DNA of 64,000 nt, from the NCBI GenBank assembly GCA_038087875.1, contig CM075989.1, positions 23,686,001 to 23,750,000 on the forward strand. Reading direction: 5' to 3'. The translations under genes were made by a program, and so were the position numbers. Below the pieces are notes generated by a model. That model did not search any database. It saw nothing but the letters and a program-made list of their open reading frames with translations, and was not told where the DNA came from. Source of the DNA: Malacoraja senta. Its lineage: Eukaryota. Below, in pieces: positions 1 to 13,034 of this stretch (positions are counted from its first letter, which is position 1; the number at the start of each line of letters is the position of its first letter).

Positions 1-204
1 AGTTGAAAAAACAAGGCAGAACAAGACAAAGCAACATCCTGCCATTTGTACTGCTTGTGCCACTATCTGCTCCTTCCGTGCCATTGAACGAGTGCACAAT
101 CATTTATCTAGTCTCTCGTTCTTAACTAAAGCATTGTGGAAACCAAAGTAGGAAACAAGTGAAACACGATTGTTATTGGATAAGGTCAAGTAACAGGAGT
201 CACT

Positions 205-545
205 ATCCAATGAGGCAGCTCTATAAGACTATGGCCAAGCCGCATTTGGAGTATTGCGTGCAGTTCTAGTTGCCCCCATTCCAGGAAGGATGTAGAGGCT
301 TTGGAGAGGGTGCAGAGGAGGTTTACTGGAATGCTGCCTGGATTAGTGGGTTTCAGCTACAGGGAGAGGTTGGATAAATCTGGATTGTTTTCTCTGGAAC
401 GTCAGAGGTTGAGGGGAGGCTTGATCGAAATATATAAAATTATTGGAGGCATAGATAGGATAGACAGTCAGAACCTTTTTTTCCCAGGGTGAAAATGTCC
501 ATCACTGGAGGGCACAGCTATAAAGTGAGAGGGGAAAGTTTAATG
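205..545 (+). mobile_element. CR1 LINE 3' fragment
   Basis: ORF 301..492 ERVQRRFTGMLPGL...SYRERL is CR1 ORF2 C-terminus. Confidence 0.85.
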
Positions 546-547
546 GA

Positions 548-845
548 CTTTAGAGATACAGTGCGGAAACAGGCCCTTTGGCCCACTGAGTCCATGCCGA
601 TCAGCAATCACCCTGTACACTAGCACTATCCTACACACTAGGGACAATTTATAATTTTACCAAAGCCAATTAACCTACAAACTTTAACGTCTTTGGAATG
701 TGGGAGGAAACCGGAGCACCCGGAGAAAACCGGAGCGGTCATAGGGAAAAAGTACAAAATCCGTAGAGACAGCACCTGTAGTCAAGTTTGAACCCAAGTC
801 TCTGGCACTGTAAGGCAGCAACTCTACCGCTGTACCACTGTGCCG
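548..845 (-). mobile_element. HE1-type SINE
   Basis: Reverse complement of the 14640 consensus. Confidence 0.82.
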
Positions 846-1404
846 AGATCTGAAGGACAACTTTTATTTTACATAGAGTGTGGTAGGGGCCTGGAACGCA
901 TTGTAGTGGTGGAGGCAGATACCATAGTGGCATTGAAGAAGCTTTTGGATAGGTACCTGGAAGTGCAAGGAATAAAGGGAAAAGGATCGTGTGTAGAAGG
1001 AGTTTAACTTGGACCTCCGGGTGCTCTGGTTCCCTCCCACATTCCAAAGACGTGCAGGTTGGTAGTTTAATTGGCCTCTGTAATTGCCCCTGGTATGTAG
1101 GGAGTATATCTCTGGTTTCCCTTTCCCGTGACTTTCAGTCTGAAGAAGGGTCTGGACCCGAAGCATCACCCATTCCTTCTCTCTCACGACGAGTTACTCC
1201 GGCTTTTTGTGTCTGTCCTGGTGTGTTGGGAGTGGATGTGAAAGTGGGATGACATAGAACTAGAGTGAATGGGTGATCGATGGTCAGCATGGACCTGGTG
1301 GGCCGAAGGGCATGTTTCCATGCTGTATCTCTATGGGCTTGTGAACGGGGAATTGCCTGCACAGAAGCTGGCAGGTTGCAGTGACCATTTACTACAGAAA
1401 ATGT

Positions 1405-1771
1405 CATTGGGCAGCTTATAACCCAGCGGTATGAATATTGATTTCTCTAACTTCAAGTAAGCCTTGTATCTGCTCTCTTTGCATCGTTCCCCCACCCTAG
1501 TCAATGAACTCATTTTAGGGTCACCCTGTTGAGTCTGTATAACTCGTTATCAACTGTCCTACAGCCAACAATGGACTATTGTGGGCTCCGCCTTTCCTTG
1601 ATTATCGTTGCCTTTTGCATATCATTTGTCCTATTTACCGTCTATATCTCTCGTTTCCCTCTCCCCTGACTCTCACTCTGAAGAAGGGTCTCGATTGGAA
1701 CCGTCATCTATTTATTCCTTCTCTCCAGAGATGCTGCCTGGCCCGCTGAGTTACTCCAGCATTTTGTGTCT
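1405..1771 (+). mobile_element. Penelope-like element 3' fragment
   Basis: ttgggcagcttataacccagcggtatgaatattgatttctctaacttcaag (LGSL.PSGMNIDFSNF), then UTR and ctgaagaagggtctcga motif. Confidence 0.8.
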
Positions 1772-2437
1772 GATGACAGGACCTGAGCCTCCAATGCTCC
1801 TCGGGTTAAGAGTTCAGTCTGGAACCCATCACCAACCTCCATGGGAGGACCATTCTTGATTAGTACGGGTGTCAGGGGTTATGGGGAGAAGGCTGGAGAA
1901 TGGGGTTAGGAGGGAGAGATAGATCAGTCTTGCTTGAATGGCGGAGTAGACGTGATGGGCCGAATGGCCTGATTTTACTCCTATTCCTTATAACCTTATG
2001 ACCTCCTCTGGCCCCTCAAGTCCCCTCCCACTGGGTTGATTTAGTTGGAGTGCTGTAGGACCTCTGCTAATGGAATTGTAGCCTATTCAATGGCAGTCAA
2101 ATCCGGCAAACCTTTAAGAATATAATAGGTATTCCAATACAATCTCAACCAGATCTGCAAGTATCCATGACGTCTCTCAGGCACAACAGGCGACCAGTGA
2201 GAGTTGTCGAGGGATAAATCATTATGGTGTTCATTTGCTCACATAGATTTGATCTAGAAAGTGAATCTCCTCAGGAGATTTTCTCGGGCACTGAGCCAAG
2301 ATTCGGAAATATTCCTAACAATATTTATACCCAGTAAAACTCTGAGCACTTAAACTCACAAGAATAAGTGTGGGTAGACACAAAAAGCTGGAGGAACTCA
2401 GTGGGTCAGGCAGCAACTCTGGAGAAAAGAAATAGGT

Positions 2438-2465
2438 GACGTTTCGGGTCGAGACCCTTCTTCAG
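2438..2465 (-). ncRNA. Putative minimal type-I hammerhead ribozyme core in a Penelope-derived repeat (representative copy)
   Basis: Minus strand reads CTGAAGA-A-GGGTC-TC-GACCC-GAAAC-GTC: CUGANGA box, stem II, GAAA box, palindromic ACGT, GUC triplet. Stem I is weak, so activity is unproven. Confidence 0.55.
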
Positions 2466-2775
2466 AATGAGTCAGGTGCTGTCTGTACAGAGTTTGTACG
2501 TTCTCCCCGTGACCGCGTGGGTTTCCTCCGGGTGCTCCGGTTTCCTCCCACACTCCAAAGACGTACAGATTTGTAGGTTAATTGGTAAAGTTGGAAATGG
2601 TCCGTAGTGTGTAGGATAGTGGTAGTGTACGGGGTGACCACTGGTCGGCACAGAGTCGGTGGGCAGAAGGGCCTGTTTCCATGCGGTATCTCTAAAGTCT
2701 AAAAATAAAAATGCTAGGATCGGTGATGCTTTCCTTCTCTGGACTTTCTTCACCTCCAAGACCACGCGAGAAATC

Positions 2776-2944
2776 ACTCTTTCTTCTGCTCTCTCCCTCT
2801 CTCGTGTTCTCTCTCGCCCTCTCTCTCACATTCCCTCTCTCCCCCCTCACCCTCTCTCCCCCTCTCTCTTCCCCCCTCTCTCTTCCCCCCTCCCTCTCTC
2901 CCCCTCTCTCTCCCCCCCTCTCTCTCCCCCTCTCTCCCCCTCTG
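2776..2944. repeat. Polypyrimidine CT-rich low-complexity tract
   Basis: Directly visible. Confidence 0.95.
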
Positions 2945-3149
2945 TTTTTGACAAAGCCAATGCTGGTAGTGGAAGTGAATGATTGGAGCACATGATTGCC
3001 AGACCGCAGATGTCACTGATTCAGCAAAACCAGACACATTCAAATTACAGTAATCAGCAATTAGGGATAAAAGTCTAAACAGCGAGACAAGCACATCATT
3101 TTGGCACTGCACCCATTTAGTGTGTAATCCCACCCTATCATATAACCAT

Positions 3150-5345
3150 AACAGCACGGAAACAGGCCATCTCGGCCCTTCAAGTCCGTGCCGAACGCTT
3201 TTTTTTATTTTATTTTTTATTTTAAAAAATTGTTTTTACTTCCCCCTAGTCCCATCTACCTGCACTCAGACCATAACCCTCCATTCCTTTCCCGTCCATA
3301 TACCCATCCAATCTATTTTTAAAGGATAACATCGAACCTGCCTCCACCACTTCCACTGGAAGCTCATTCCACACAGCTACCACTCTCTGAGTAAAGAAGT
3401 TCCCCCTAATGTTACCCCTAAACTTCTGTCCCTTAATTCTCAAGTCATGTCCCCTTGTTTGAATCTTCCCTACTCTCAATGGGAAAAGCTTACCCACGTC
3501 AACTCTGTCTAACCCGCTCATAATTTTAAAGACCTCTATCAAGTCCCCTCTTAACCTTCTGCGCTCCAAAGAATAAAGAGCTAACTTGTTCAACCTTTCT
3601 CTGTAACTTAGTTGCTGAAACCCAGGCAACATTCTAGTAAATCTCCTCTGTACTCTCTCTAATTTGTTGACATCCTTCCTATAATTAGGCGACCAAAATT
3701 GTACTCCATACTCCAGAATTGGCCTCACCAATGCCGTGTACAATTTTAACATTACATCCCAACTTCTATATTCAATGCTCTGATTTATAAAGGCCAGCAC
3801 ACCAAAAGCTTTCTTTACCACCCTATCTACACGAGATTCCACCTTCAGGGAACTATGCACAGTTATTCCTAGATCCTTCTGTTCAACTGCATTCCTCAAT
3901 TCGCTACCATTTACCATGTACGTCCTATTTTGACTTGTCCTGCCGAGATGTAGCACCTCACATTTGTCAGCATTAAACTCCATCTGCCATCTTTCAGCCC
4001 ACTCTTCCAAATGGCCTAAATCTCTCAGTAGACTTTGAAAATCTACTTCATTATCCACAACACCACCTATCTTAGTATCATCTGCATACTTACTAATCCA
4101 ATTTTCCACACCATCATCCAGATCATTGATGTACATGACAAACAACAGTGGACCCAACACAGACCCCTGAGGCACCCCACTAGTCACCAGCCTCCAACCT
4201 GACAAACAGCCATCCACCATTACTCTCTGGCATCTCCCATTCAGCCACTGTTGAATCCATCTTGCTACTCCACCATTAATACCCAACAATTGAATCTTCT
4301 TAACCAACCTTCCATGAGGAACCTTGTCAAAGTCCTTACTGAAGTCCATATAGACAACATCCACTGCTTTACCCTCATCAATTTCCCTAGTAACCTCTTC
4401 GAAAAATTCAAGAAGATTAGTCAAGCATGACCTTCCAGGCACAAATCCATGTTGACTGTTCCTAATCAGACCCTGCTTATCCAGATGCTTATATATATTA
4501 TCTTTAAGTATCCTTTCCATTAATTTGCCCACCACTGACATCAAACTAACAGGTCTATAATTGCTAGGTTTACTCTTAGAACCCTTTTTAAACAACGGAA
4601 CAACATGCGCAGTACGCCAATCCTCCGGCACTATTCCTGTTTCTAATGACATTTGAAATATTTCTGTCATAGCCCCTGCTATTTCTACCCTAACTTCCCT
4701 CAATGTCCTAGGGAATATCCTGTCAGGACCTGGAGACTTATCCGTTTTCATATTTTTCAAAAGTGTCCGCACCTCCTCTTCTTTGAATCTCACAGTTTCC
4801 ATTGCTACTCTGCTTGTTTCCCTTACCTCACATAATTCCATATCCTTCTCCTTGGTGAATACCGAAGAAAATAAATTGTTCAATATCTCCCCCATCTCTT
4901 TTGGCCCTGCAGATAGCTGTCCACTCTGACTCTCTAATGGACCAATTTTATTCCTTGTTATCCTTTTGCTATTAATATAGCTGTAGAAACCCTTTGGATT
5001 TACTTTCACCTTACTTGCCAAAGCAACCTCATATCTTCTTTTAGCTTTTCTAATTTCTTTCTTAATATTCTTTTTACATTCTTTATACTCCTCAAGCACC
5101 TCATTTACTCCATGCTGCCTATAATTATTGTAGATCTCTCTCTTTTTCCGAACCAAGTGTCCAATTTCCCTTGAAAACCATGGCTCTTTCCATTTTTTAC
5201 TATTTCCTTTCATCCGAACAGGGACATAAAGATTCTGTACTCTTAAAATGTCACCCTTAAATGTCCTCCATTTCTCTTCTACATCCTTCCCATAAAACAA
5301 CATGTCCCAATTCACTCCTTTTAAATCCTTTCGCATCTCCTCGCA
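3150..5345 (-). mobile_element. 5'-truncated CR1-clade LINE (HER1-like) with uninterrupted ORF2 RT/C-terminal frame 3246..5336
   Basis: 696-aa ORF with KSPGPD, NYRPVSL, QHGF..GRSCLTNL, GVPQGSVLGPLLF, YADD and C-terminal RGH...FFTQRVV..WN.LP. No endonuclease domain. 3' UTR ends GGCCTGTTTCCGTGCTG, the same motif as the SINE tails. Confidence 0.95.
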
Positions 5346-5449
5346 TCACCAACAGTGTGTTACAAACTTTATTTCTAGAGCTAATTCTCTCGCATAGAAA
5401 GAATATGTGTTTGGCCGGCTATATGGGATCAAGGTGGAGAAGTATAGAA

Positions 5450-6000
5450 GTGGGAGGTCATGTTGCAGTTATAAAAGATGTTGGTGAGGCCACATTTAGA
5501 GTATTGTGTTCAGTTCTGGACACCATGTTATAGTAAAGATGTTGTAAAGTTGGAAATGGTACAGAGAAGATTTACAAGAATGTTGCCAGGACATCCTGAG
5601 GGCGTGAGCTATAGGGAGAGGTTGAGTAGGCTGGGACTCTATTCCTTGGAGCTCAGGACGATGAGGGATGATCTTATGGAAGTGTATAAAATCATGAGGG
5701 GAATAAATTGGGTAGACGCACAGGGGAGTATATCGGGTAGTCTCTCTCCCAGAGGTGAAGGGGAAAGATTTTATAGCAATCTGAGGGGTAACTTTTTCAC
5801 ACAAAGGGTTGTGGATGTATGGAACGAGCTGCCAGAGGAGATAGCTGAGGCAGGGACTATTGCAACATTTAAGAAGCAATTAGACAGGTACATGGATAGG
5901 ACAGGATATTGGCAAATGCAAGCAACTGGGACTAGATGGGGCATGTTGGTTATTGTGGGCAAGCTGGGCCAAAGGGCCTGTTTCCACACTCTATGACTCA
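5450..6000 (+). mobile_element. CR1 LINE 3' fragment
   Basis: ORF 5478..5996 LVRPHLEYCVQFW...RGNFFTQRVV..WNELP, followed by 3' UTR and ctctatgact tail. Confidence 0.9.
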
Positions 6001-6145
6001 TTGACTAACTTTAGTTTCTTGGTTAACTCTTCCATCTTACTAGTTCCAGTTTACTCCTCATCAATGGGCACCCTCTCAGCTCAAACAGCATCCTCTGCTG
6101 TGTTGTGGGTGGTGCCAACCAAATGCAAACACAACATGAAAGAAC

Positions 6146-6686
6146 TTCCAACTTCTACAGATGCGCCGTAGTAAGCGTTTTATCGGGATGCATCACGGCT
6201 TGGTTTGGGAACAGCTCCATCCAAGACAGCAAGACACCGCAGCGAATTGTGGACGCAGCCCAGACCATCACACAAAGCAACCTCCCTTCCATTGACTCCA
6301 TCTACATTTCACGCTGCCTCGGCAAGGCCAGCAGCATAATCAAGGACCAGTCTCACCCCGGTCACTCCCTCTTCTCCCCTCTGTGTGAAAGTGTGAAAAC
6401 CCACACCTCCAGATTCAGGGACAGTTTCTTCCCAGCTGTTATCAGACAACTGAACCGTCCTATCACCAACTAGGGGGCAGTCCTGACATCCCATTTACCT
6501 CATTGGCGACCTTCTAACTATCTTTACTCTGACTTTATCTTGCACTACATGTTATACCCTTTCTCCTGTATCAGTACACTGTGAACAGCTCGATTGTAAT
6601 CATGTATTGTCTATACACTGCCTGGATAGCACACAACAAAAAGCTTTTGACTGTTCCTCAGTACATGACTATAATAAACTAAACTA
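6146..6686 (+). mobile_element. Rex1/Babar-clade LINE 3' fragment
   Basis: NFYRCAV.S.LSGCITAWFGN...HPGHSLFSPL...TSRFRDSFFPAVIR is the Rex1/Babar C-terminus; tail aataaactaaact. Confidence 0.85.
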
Positions 6687-7239
6687 GATGTGAGGAGGAA
6701 CACAGGAAATATGATCCCATAAAACCTACAACCACACACATCCAAACTCTCCTGCCATATGGTTATGATGTTACAAATAATGTTATTTCATAAGAACATA
6801 AATATTAGACGTACAGAATAAAATATTATTGTTATGCTGAATTTTCTCTGAAAACGGTGTATTATCATCAGTAAACAGTTCGATGAATCAATCAGAGTTT
6901 AAACGCTCTGGGCAGCACTTCAGCAGTTGATGTCACTCAGTATTTAATTGCCTGTAATTTTTTACATTTAGGATCAACTATCTGTTTTTTCTTTGCTCTA
7001 ATTTGAAAGGAAGTGTGCTTGTTTTATGTACGAATGATCTATTATCTGTTCACACGCATATTTCTTTGCATCTGGGTCTGGTTTACTTTGCAGAAAGAAA
7101 CTGGTCTAGGTTTACCTGTAGTTGAGTACCTGGCTTGATGGGCAGAAGATTCAGAAGCATCGATATCATTCGTAAACTCAAATGGAAGTTGCAGTCTTGG
7201 ATCAAACCTTCAGGGTTGTCCCAACCCGCAACATCATTT

Positions 7240-7570
7240 AGCGGCATGGTTGCTGCCTCACTGCGCCAGAGATCTTGGTTCGATCCTGACTACTGGTGCT
7301 GTCTGTACGGAGTTTGTATGTCCTCCCCGTAACCTCGTCGGTTTTCTCCAGGTGCTCGGTTTCCTCCCACATTCCAAAGACGTGCAGGTTTCTAGGTTAA
7401 TTGGCTTGGTTAAATTGTCTCTAGTGTGTGTAGGATAGTGTCATAGTGTGTGTAGGATAGTGTCATAGTGTGTGTAGGATAGTGTCAGTGTATGGGGATC
7501 GCTGGTCGGTGCGGACTCGGTTTGGCCAAAGGGCCCGTTTCCGTGCTGTATCTCTAAACTAAACTAAACT
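7240..7570 (+). mobile_element. HE1-type SINE with internal 22-bp triplication (7422-7487)
   Basis: B-box ggttcgatcc, V-domain; tagtgtgtgtaggatagtgtca x3. Confidence 0.85.
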
Positions 7571-10500
7571 ATCCATGTTCTTTAGAGATGCTGCCTGACC
7601 CGCTGAGTTATTCCAGTACTTTGTGTCTATCTTTGGTATAAACCAGCATCTGTAGTTCTTTGTTTTTACATGGTTGTCCAGTCAGGTGGTTGCAAAATGC
7701 AATGTTGTACATAGGCATGCATCTAAAACACGACACCCATGCAAATACAGTCAAACGTGCATTGACATGCACTCAAACGCAGGCATGCACATGCTCACCA
7801 CCTGCAGCATAATCTCACTGAGCTACAGCCACAGAGTCATACAGTGTGGAAACACATTCTTCGGCCTAACCTGCCCATACCGACCTACCTGTACTGTATC
7901 TGAGAACTTGTACTGTATCTGAGATGCTTATCTAAGATGTATCTAAATGCTTATGTACAGTGATACTTGTACGGAACTGTATACAAAAATGAATTTCATT
8001 TTTGACAAATAAAGTACCATACCAACATGCCCCACCTACACTAGTCCCACCTGCCTGAGTTTGGCCCATATCCCTATAAACCTGCCCTATCCATGTACCT
8101 GTCTAAATGTTTCTTGACATTGCATTTAATTGGTATACTTACCCAATCATGGAACCTCACATTCACACTCACCACTCTCAGCCCAGTTCCCCAACCACCT
8201 ACTTTCAATAGGTAGACAAAATTCTGGAGAAACTCAGCGGGTGAGGCAGCATCTATGGAATGAAGGAATAGGTGACGTTTCGGGTCATCACCCGCTGAGT
8301 TTCTCCAGCATTTTTGTCTACCTTCGATTTTTACAGCTTTAGCAGTTCTTTCTTAAACCTACTTTCAATACTTTCAATAGTTCACTTCTCTTTTGTTTGC
8401 AGTCCCATCCAGTTTTTTAAACAAATATCTCATACAACACACAATTCCTTCCCAGAAACCAATTGCTCATTGATGCAAGCAATTTGTAATAACAATAAAT
8501 CTTTGGCACAGTTTGTTAAATACTAATGTCCAAATATATTGAATTAAAAATTAAAGATATTTTAAATAATTTCCAGATGGGAAATTACTTTACAAAACTA
8601 GATCAGAAACTAAGAAATCAATACCATATTTATGTCACTTTTTCACTTATTTATTCTACAATATAAAATGATTTGAAACTCTTCTGGAAGTTTTTTTATT
8701 TAAATTATAAGCTTGACAGAAAACAGGTGAAGGCCTTTCTCCACTAAGACTATGCTAATAATATGAAGGTGCCTCAAACATTAGACAGACTCACGTTCTA
8801 ATCAAGAGGGATAAAACATCCATAATTGACACTGATTTGAGAGAATAAGTCACTAGAAAAATATTCTGAATTTATTAAAAGCCTTGCAACATTTTTAAAA
8901 ATCACCCCAATATTCCAATAAAGAGTTCCATGTCACTCAGCACATGTAATGCCACACTAGATGTTGCCACTTCATTAGACCGAATGATAAAGGTATCTGA
9001 ATTCCTCAACTAAGTATCATTGGCCTGAAATTTGTGGACGTAGGTTTACACTTTTAAACCTGCCGCTTATTGTTTTCTGTTGAGGGATGCGGTCACCTCT
9101 GGCCAGAGTGGTCTACATTGTCCACACTGGAGGAGATGTCCTACTATGCCAGTGAGCAGTCTATTACATTGCTATTGGTCCGGAAATGCATGGTTGAACC
9201 GGGTGAGGATGTCAAATTTCCTTCTTGAAGGGATTTAATGAACATAAGAAGTACGAGGAGGCCATTCGTATCCTAGCCCCTGCTCCACTATTCATGGTTG
9301 ATGTTTAATCTCAGCATCATTTTCCTGCACTAACCTTCTAATCCTTGTTTCTCTTGATATCTAAAATTCAACTGGACTTCCAAATCCAAAGATTCGTTAT
9401 GTACCAGATGAGAAAATCTGAGGAAGGGTCTCGACCCGAAATGTCACCCATTCCTTCTCTCCAGAGATGCTGCCTGTCCTGCTGAGTTATTCCAGCATTT
9501 TGTGTCTACATTTGAGGAAATCTCTCATCTCAGTCCTGAATGCTTGGTCCTTAATTTGAGGCTGACACAGGTTATGGGGAGAAGGCATGATATTGGGGTT
9601 TAGAGGGAAAGATAGATCAGCCATGATAGAATGGCGAGAACAGGATGGGCCGAATGGCCTAATTCTGCTCCCAGAACTTGAGATGTTCCACCCTGGTGCT
9701 AGACACCCTAAAACAGAAGAAACCAGCTCTGCAAATATGCTGTGGAGCCTCATATATTATCCTATATTTTAATGATATCCCCTCGTATTCTTCTCAGCTC
9801 CAGAGTGTCTTTAGAGAATCAATCTGGTGAACATAGTTTTATGAAAGCGAAACGAGTTTGACAAATATGTTGGAGTTCCTATGTAACAAATAGGGGAGAT
9901 AAATGAGACCCAGCAGGCATAAAGTATTTGCATTTCCAGATTCAATAAGGTTCAACATAAAACAATGTTGCACGGGACACTGGATTGGAGGTAATATATT
10001 GGCATGGATAGATAGGTTTTGGTGAATTAGCAGAAAACAATGCGTGGGGATGAATGAATCATTTTCTGGTTGAGATCCCAGTTGTCATCCATGGAACTGT
10101 AGTAACTGTTTTTAATCTACATTCATGATGGAAGAAGTAGTGATTGAGTGCAGTGCAGATACATTATGGGAGAAAACAAAGAGTCTGCAGCTGTAGAGGC
10201 ACCAGACACCCGGGTTTGATCCTGACAGATCGGTGCCGTCTGTATGGAGTTTGTATGTTCTCCCTGTGACCTCGTGGGTTTTCTCCGGATGCTCCGGTAT
10301 CCTCCCACAAAGACGTGCAGGTTTGCAGGTTAAATGGCTTCTGTAAATTATAAATTGTCCCTAGTGTGTGTAGGATATTGCTGATGTATGAGGTGATCGC
10401 TGGTCAGCGCGGACACTGTATCTCTAAATGAAAGTAAAGTGATATACCTGTTATGGGAATGAACAAAAGTTGGAAGATGGCTTATGATGTGGGAATATCT

Positions 10501-10724
10501 GAAGTTATCCAATTTGAAAAGAAGGATGAAAAATTAAGTTATTACAAAGCTGGAGTAACTCAGCAGGCAGGCAGCTTTTCTGGAGAGAAGGAATGTGTGA
10601 CGTTTCGGGTCACAAGGGTGAACATACAAACTCCGCACAGCCAGCACCCATAGTCAGGATTGAACCTGGGTCAGTGGCGCTGTGAGGCAGCAACTCTACC
10701 GCTGCGCCACTGTGCCACCTGCCA

Positions 10725-10900
10725 TGGTTCAAAGATTCCCAGCTATTGATGGAGATGTTGCATTTCTTCAAGGAGGCTTTGAGTGCACCTTTGAAATTGT
10801 TTTTTCCCTTTTGTTAGCCTCTTCCTGTGACAGAGCGCTGAATGAAAGGTCTGCTTCAAGAGACTGGTGTCAGGCAATCTAATGATGTGACCTGCCTGCT
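10725..10900 (-). mobile_element. Old RTE-clade LINE C-terminal fragment
   Basis: Minus-strand translation AGHIIRLPDTSLLKQTFHSALCHRKR...(frameshift)KGALKASLKKCNI resembles the RTE motif WAGHV.RM.D.RLPK....EL..G.R..G....R.KD.LK. Confidence 0.65.
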
Positions 10901-12718
10901 GGAGCTAAGTGTGAGCAATTGGAGCCACAGTGCTGGGGCTGTTGGCTCAGCAGCCTTTACGTGCCACAAGTGTACTTATCAGTGAAAGTAGGACATCCCT
11001 GACTGATTTCTTTGTCTCTGGACATGAATTATTCTAACTCCAGATGATCAAAGGAGAAACTGCAAGAAACCTAACCTTGCCTGAGATAGGGATGGCAGCC
11101 TTCAAAAGACATCTGGACGTTAGGACATCCAAATTCCAAAGATCAGGTAACAAGCTTTCACCAGTGGAGCTTATGTTGCTTCACTTAAATCAGTGATGTC
11201 AAAAATGTTCAGCATCATTCCTATCCCAAGGAAAACCAGATGAGGGAAAATGTTTGAAGGTTGCCCGTATTTATTGATGTGGAGTAAGAATCCTGAAGGA
11301 GGCACATTTTTCACTTAGAGATGCATCTGGATGCACACCTGTGTCCAATACAGCACATACTGAAGCACTATGCAGTCTGCAAACTGCTTGCCAGCAGTGG
11401 CAGCAGCGTTAACATTTACAGGAATCTAGATCATCGTGGCAAGAGACTCCATCGTAATTTGCAGGTGGATAAACTACACCAAGTCCATCCAAAACGTACC
11501 AAAGAAAGGCACAACATGCTGTGGTAGTTCAATGGGACAGGCAGCATCTCTGAAGAAGGGTCTCGACCCGAAATGCTCAGTTCGTGACCTTTAATGATTG
11601 ATAAGTGAATGCAGTATTAACCGGAGTTACAATAACATATCACCAGAACTTTATTTGTAGTAATGATCAAGACTAACTAGACCATTTACAGTATAATCAT
11701 AGAGTCTCACAGTGTGGAAACAGGCCCTTTGGTCCAACTTGCCCATACCTGCCAACATGTCCCATCGACACTAGTTCCAGCTGCCTACATCTACACTAGT
11801 CACACCTGCCTGTGCTTGGCCCAAATCCCTCCAAACCTGTCCTATCCATGTACCTGTCTAAATGTTTCTTAAATGTTCCGATAGTACCAGCCGCAACTAC
11901 CTCCTCTGGCAGATCGTTCCGTACATCCACCACCCTTTTGTGAAAAAGTTACCCCTCAGGTTCCCATTAAATCTTCCCCCTCTCACCTTCAACCTAAGTC
12001 GTCTGGTTCTTGATCCTCCTATTCTGGGCAAGAGAAAGAATAGGGAGATCGGTTTTAAAATAGAGAATAAAAAAGCTCCTGGAACCAATCGCTACATATT
12101 GAAAGCAGATTGAGAGGAAACACGGTTTCATGTACCACTGCCGAATGTACAATGGTAGAGTTGAGGTCTATATGTGCAGGGGATGGCTCATCTGAAGAGC
12201 TCAGTCCTGACAATGATCTCTGGTTTCATTCCCTCTGTTTGTAACATTTATGAAGAGGAATGTGCAATATTTTACCTCCAGTGGAGGAATCGCTAACCAG
12301 AGAACAGAAGTTAAAATGAGAGGGGGGGGGGGGGGGGGGGGGATATTTAATAAAAACCTGAGTGGTAACTTTTTTTACACAAAGGGTGGTGGGTGTATGG
12401 AACGAGCTGCCAGAGGAGGTAGTTGAGGCAGGGACTATCATAATATTTAAGAGACATTTGGACAGGTACATGGATAGGATAGGTGTAGAGGGTTATGGGC
12501 CAAGCACAGGCAGGTGTGACTAGTGTAGATGGGGCATGTTGGTCGGTGTGGGCAAGTTGGGCCAATGGGCATGTTTCCACACTGTATCACTCTATGAGGA
12601 ATGCTATCAAATAATGTCAGTCAGAATAGTTAAGGAAGACCTTGATAAGATATAGGGATGTTTACAAATTAGCGTGAAACATCTTTGTGCTGAGGTGTAG
12701 AACAACTCCATAGGGTTC

Positions 12719-13034
12719 TGTGGCTTATGTGCTGTTTACTAGACAAATTGCATATTCTGCAGAAATCTTAATAAAGAAAGGTCCAAGAACATCTTGAACC
12801 AAATTTGGCTTCAAAAGTTGAGAAAAAAATGCAGCTGAATTAAAACTTTCACTATGACATTGATCAGGAAGAATGGGCTTCGGGCAAAACACAATGTACT
12901 TGTGTACTTAGCTGATCCACCATGCTGTCTATGTGGGTTATGTGCTGTTTACTAGACACATTGCGTATTCTGCAGAAATCTTAATAAAGAAAGGTCTAAG
13001 AACATCTTGCGCCAAATTTAGCTTCCAAAATTGA
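12719..13034. repeat. 103-bp imperfect direct duplication (12719-12821 and 12932-13034)
   Basis: tgtgg(c/g)ttatgtgctgtttactagaca...ctgcagaaatcttaataaagaaaggtc...ttga occurs twice, offset 213 bp. Confidence 0.9.

Noticed and set aside
2659..3157. Pro/Ser/Leu- and Glu/Arg/Gly-rich ORFs
   Set aside because: Products of the CT-rich low-complexity tract.
12322..12342. Long G homopolymer as a functional element
   Set aside because: Lies inside a decayed CR1 fragment at a normally short G run; simple slippage or sequencing error is sufficient.
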